Source: Mustelus asterias
Taxonomy: Eukaryota
Direction: 5' to 3'
Length of the DNA: 64,000 nt
NCBI RefSeq assembly: GCF_964213995.1
Contig: NC_135825.1
Coordinates: forward strand, 52,762,001-52,826,000
Numbering within the stretch: position 1 is the stretch's first letter; each line of letters opens with the position of its first letter. The notes beneath the pieces are model-generated. The model had not been told where the DNA came from and did no database searches. It saw only the letters and a program-made list of their open reading frames with translations. The translations under genes were made by a program, and so were the position numbers. Positions 63,317 through 64,000 of the stretch are shown here, one piece after another.

Positions 63317-64000
63317 GCCCTATTTTACCATTTTAATTCTAAGCGCTGGGCGGACTTGAAACTGGGTGTTTCAAATCCGACTTTTAGACCCGTTCTCAGG
63401 CGTCCCCTTACTCACCCTGCCTGAGACAATATCAGCGATTCTGAATCGCGCTGCACAAGCCTGTGGAGGCCTTCAGCTGCGCACGCGCAGTAAAAAAATA
63501 GAAAAACACTCCCCTGCCACATCTCTCCCAGACTGGATAATGCCTCCCCCCTGATCCCCACAGACATTACTGACCCCCTTCTCCCCCCACCCCCCGCTAC
63601 CCAGACCGATAAAGGGCCCTTGCCCCCCTTTCCCCCCCCCTCACCGATCACACACAGAGTGGCAGCAGACCCCCCTTCCTCCCCCCACTGATCACACACA
63701 GAGTGGCAGCAGAGCCCCCCCGCCCCCCCTCCCCTCACCACCTGCCCCCCCCACCAGAGAGCCATCTGACTTGCCTCCCTCCCCTCTACCACCGATCTGA
63801 GTCAGAGAGCCACCGGAAGCTCTGAACTTACGTCCTCAGAAGCTGGAGCGCCCGAATCAGACCTTTGTGGACCATGTCTGTTTCGCGCCAAATCTGGGCA
63901 GGCGAACACGGTGGTAAAGGGGGAAGTGCCGGTAAGTTTGGGTGTGCAGTCCATTAAGTCAATTTAAATACATGCAAATACATTTAAATTGCCGTCGCAC
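63317..64000. mobile_element. GC-rich MITE-like element running off the window end
   Basis: Similar style to the elements at about 6330-7265, 13060-13720, 22628-23577 and 33898-34980; family not assigned. Confidence 0.4.

Noticed and set aside
43334-64000. APOBEC2, expected from human synteny with OARD1
   Set aside because: No HAE/SPC deaminase motifs or matching exons were seen.

Overview
Repeat-rich vertebrate genomic DNA, almost certainly from a shark (abundant HE1-type tRNA-derived SINEs, CR1/HER1-like LINEs, DeuSINE/SacSINE1-like SINEs and Penelope-like elements). One host protein-coding gene is clearly recognisable: OARD1 (TARG1/C6orf130, macrodomain ADP-ribose glycohydrolase) on the + strand. 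Its coding exons are 30159-30312, 33117-33175, 37142-37254 and 43150-43333, with a probable ATG exon at 29017-29061 and a CpG-island promoter at about 26.1-26.5 kb. Most other listed ORFs are transposon fragments (CR1, L2, RTE, Tx1, Penelope) or noise. Points of interest: (1) Penelope-like ends carrying minimal hammerhead ribozymes, including a 368-bp-arm palindrome with an intact core on each strand; (2) a set of local inverted duplications and locally templated insertions; (3) a box C/D snoRNA candidate with canonical kink-turn geometry in a short intron of an apparently non-coding spliced unit at about 53.7-54.3 kb; (4) an unidentified decayed reading frame divergent from OARD1; (5) a young CR1 whose 5' truncation point is reiterated five times. 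All calls are by eye, repeat boundaries are approximate, and no database search was run.
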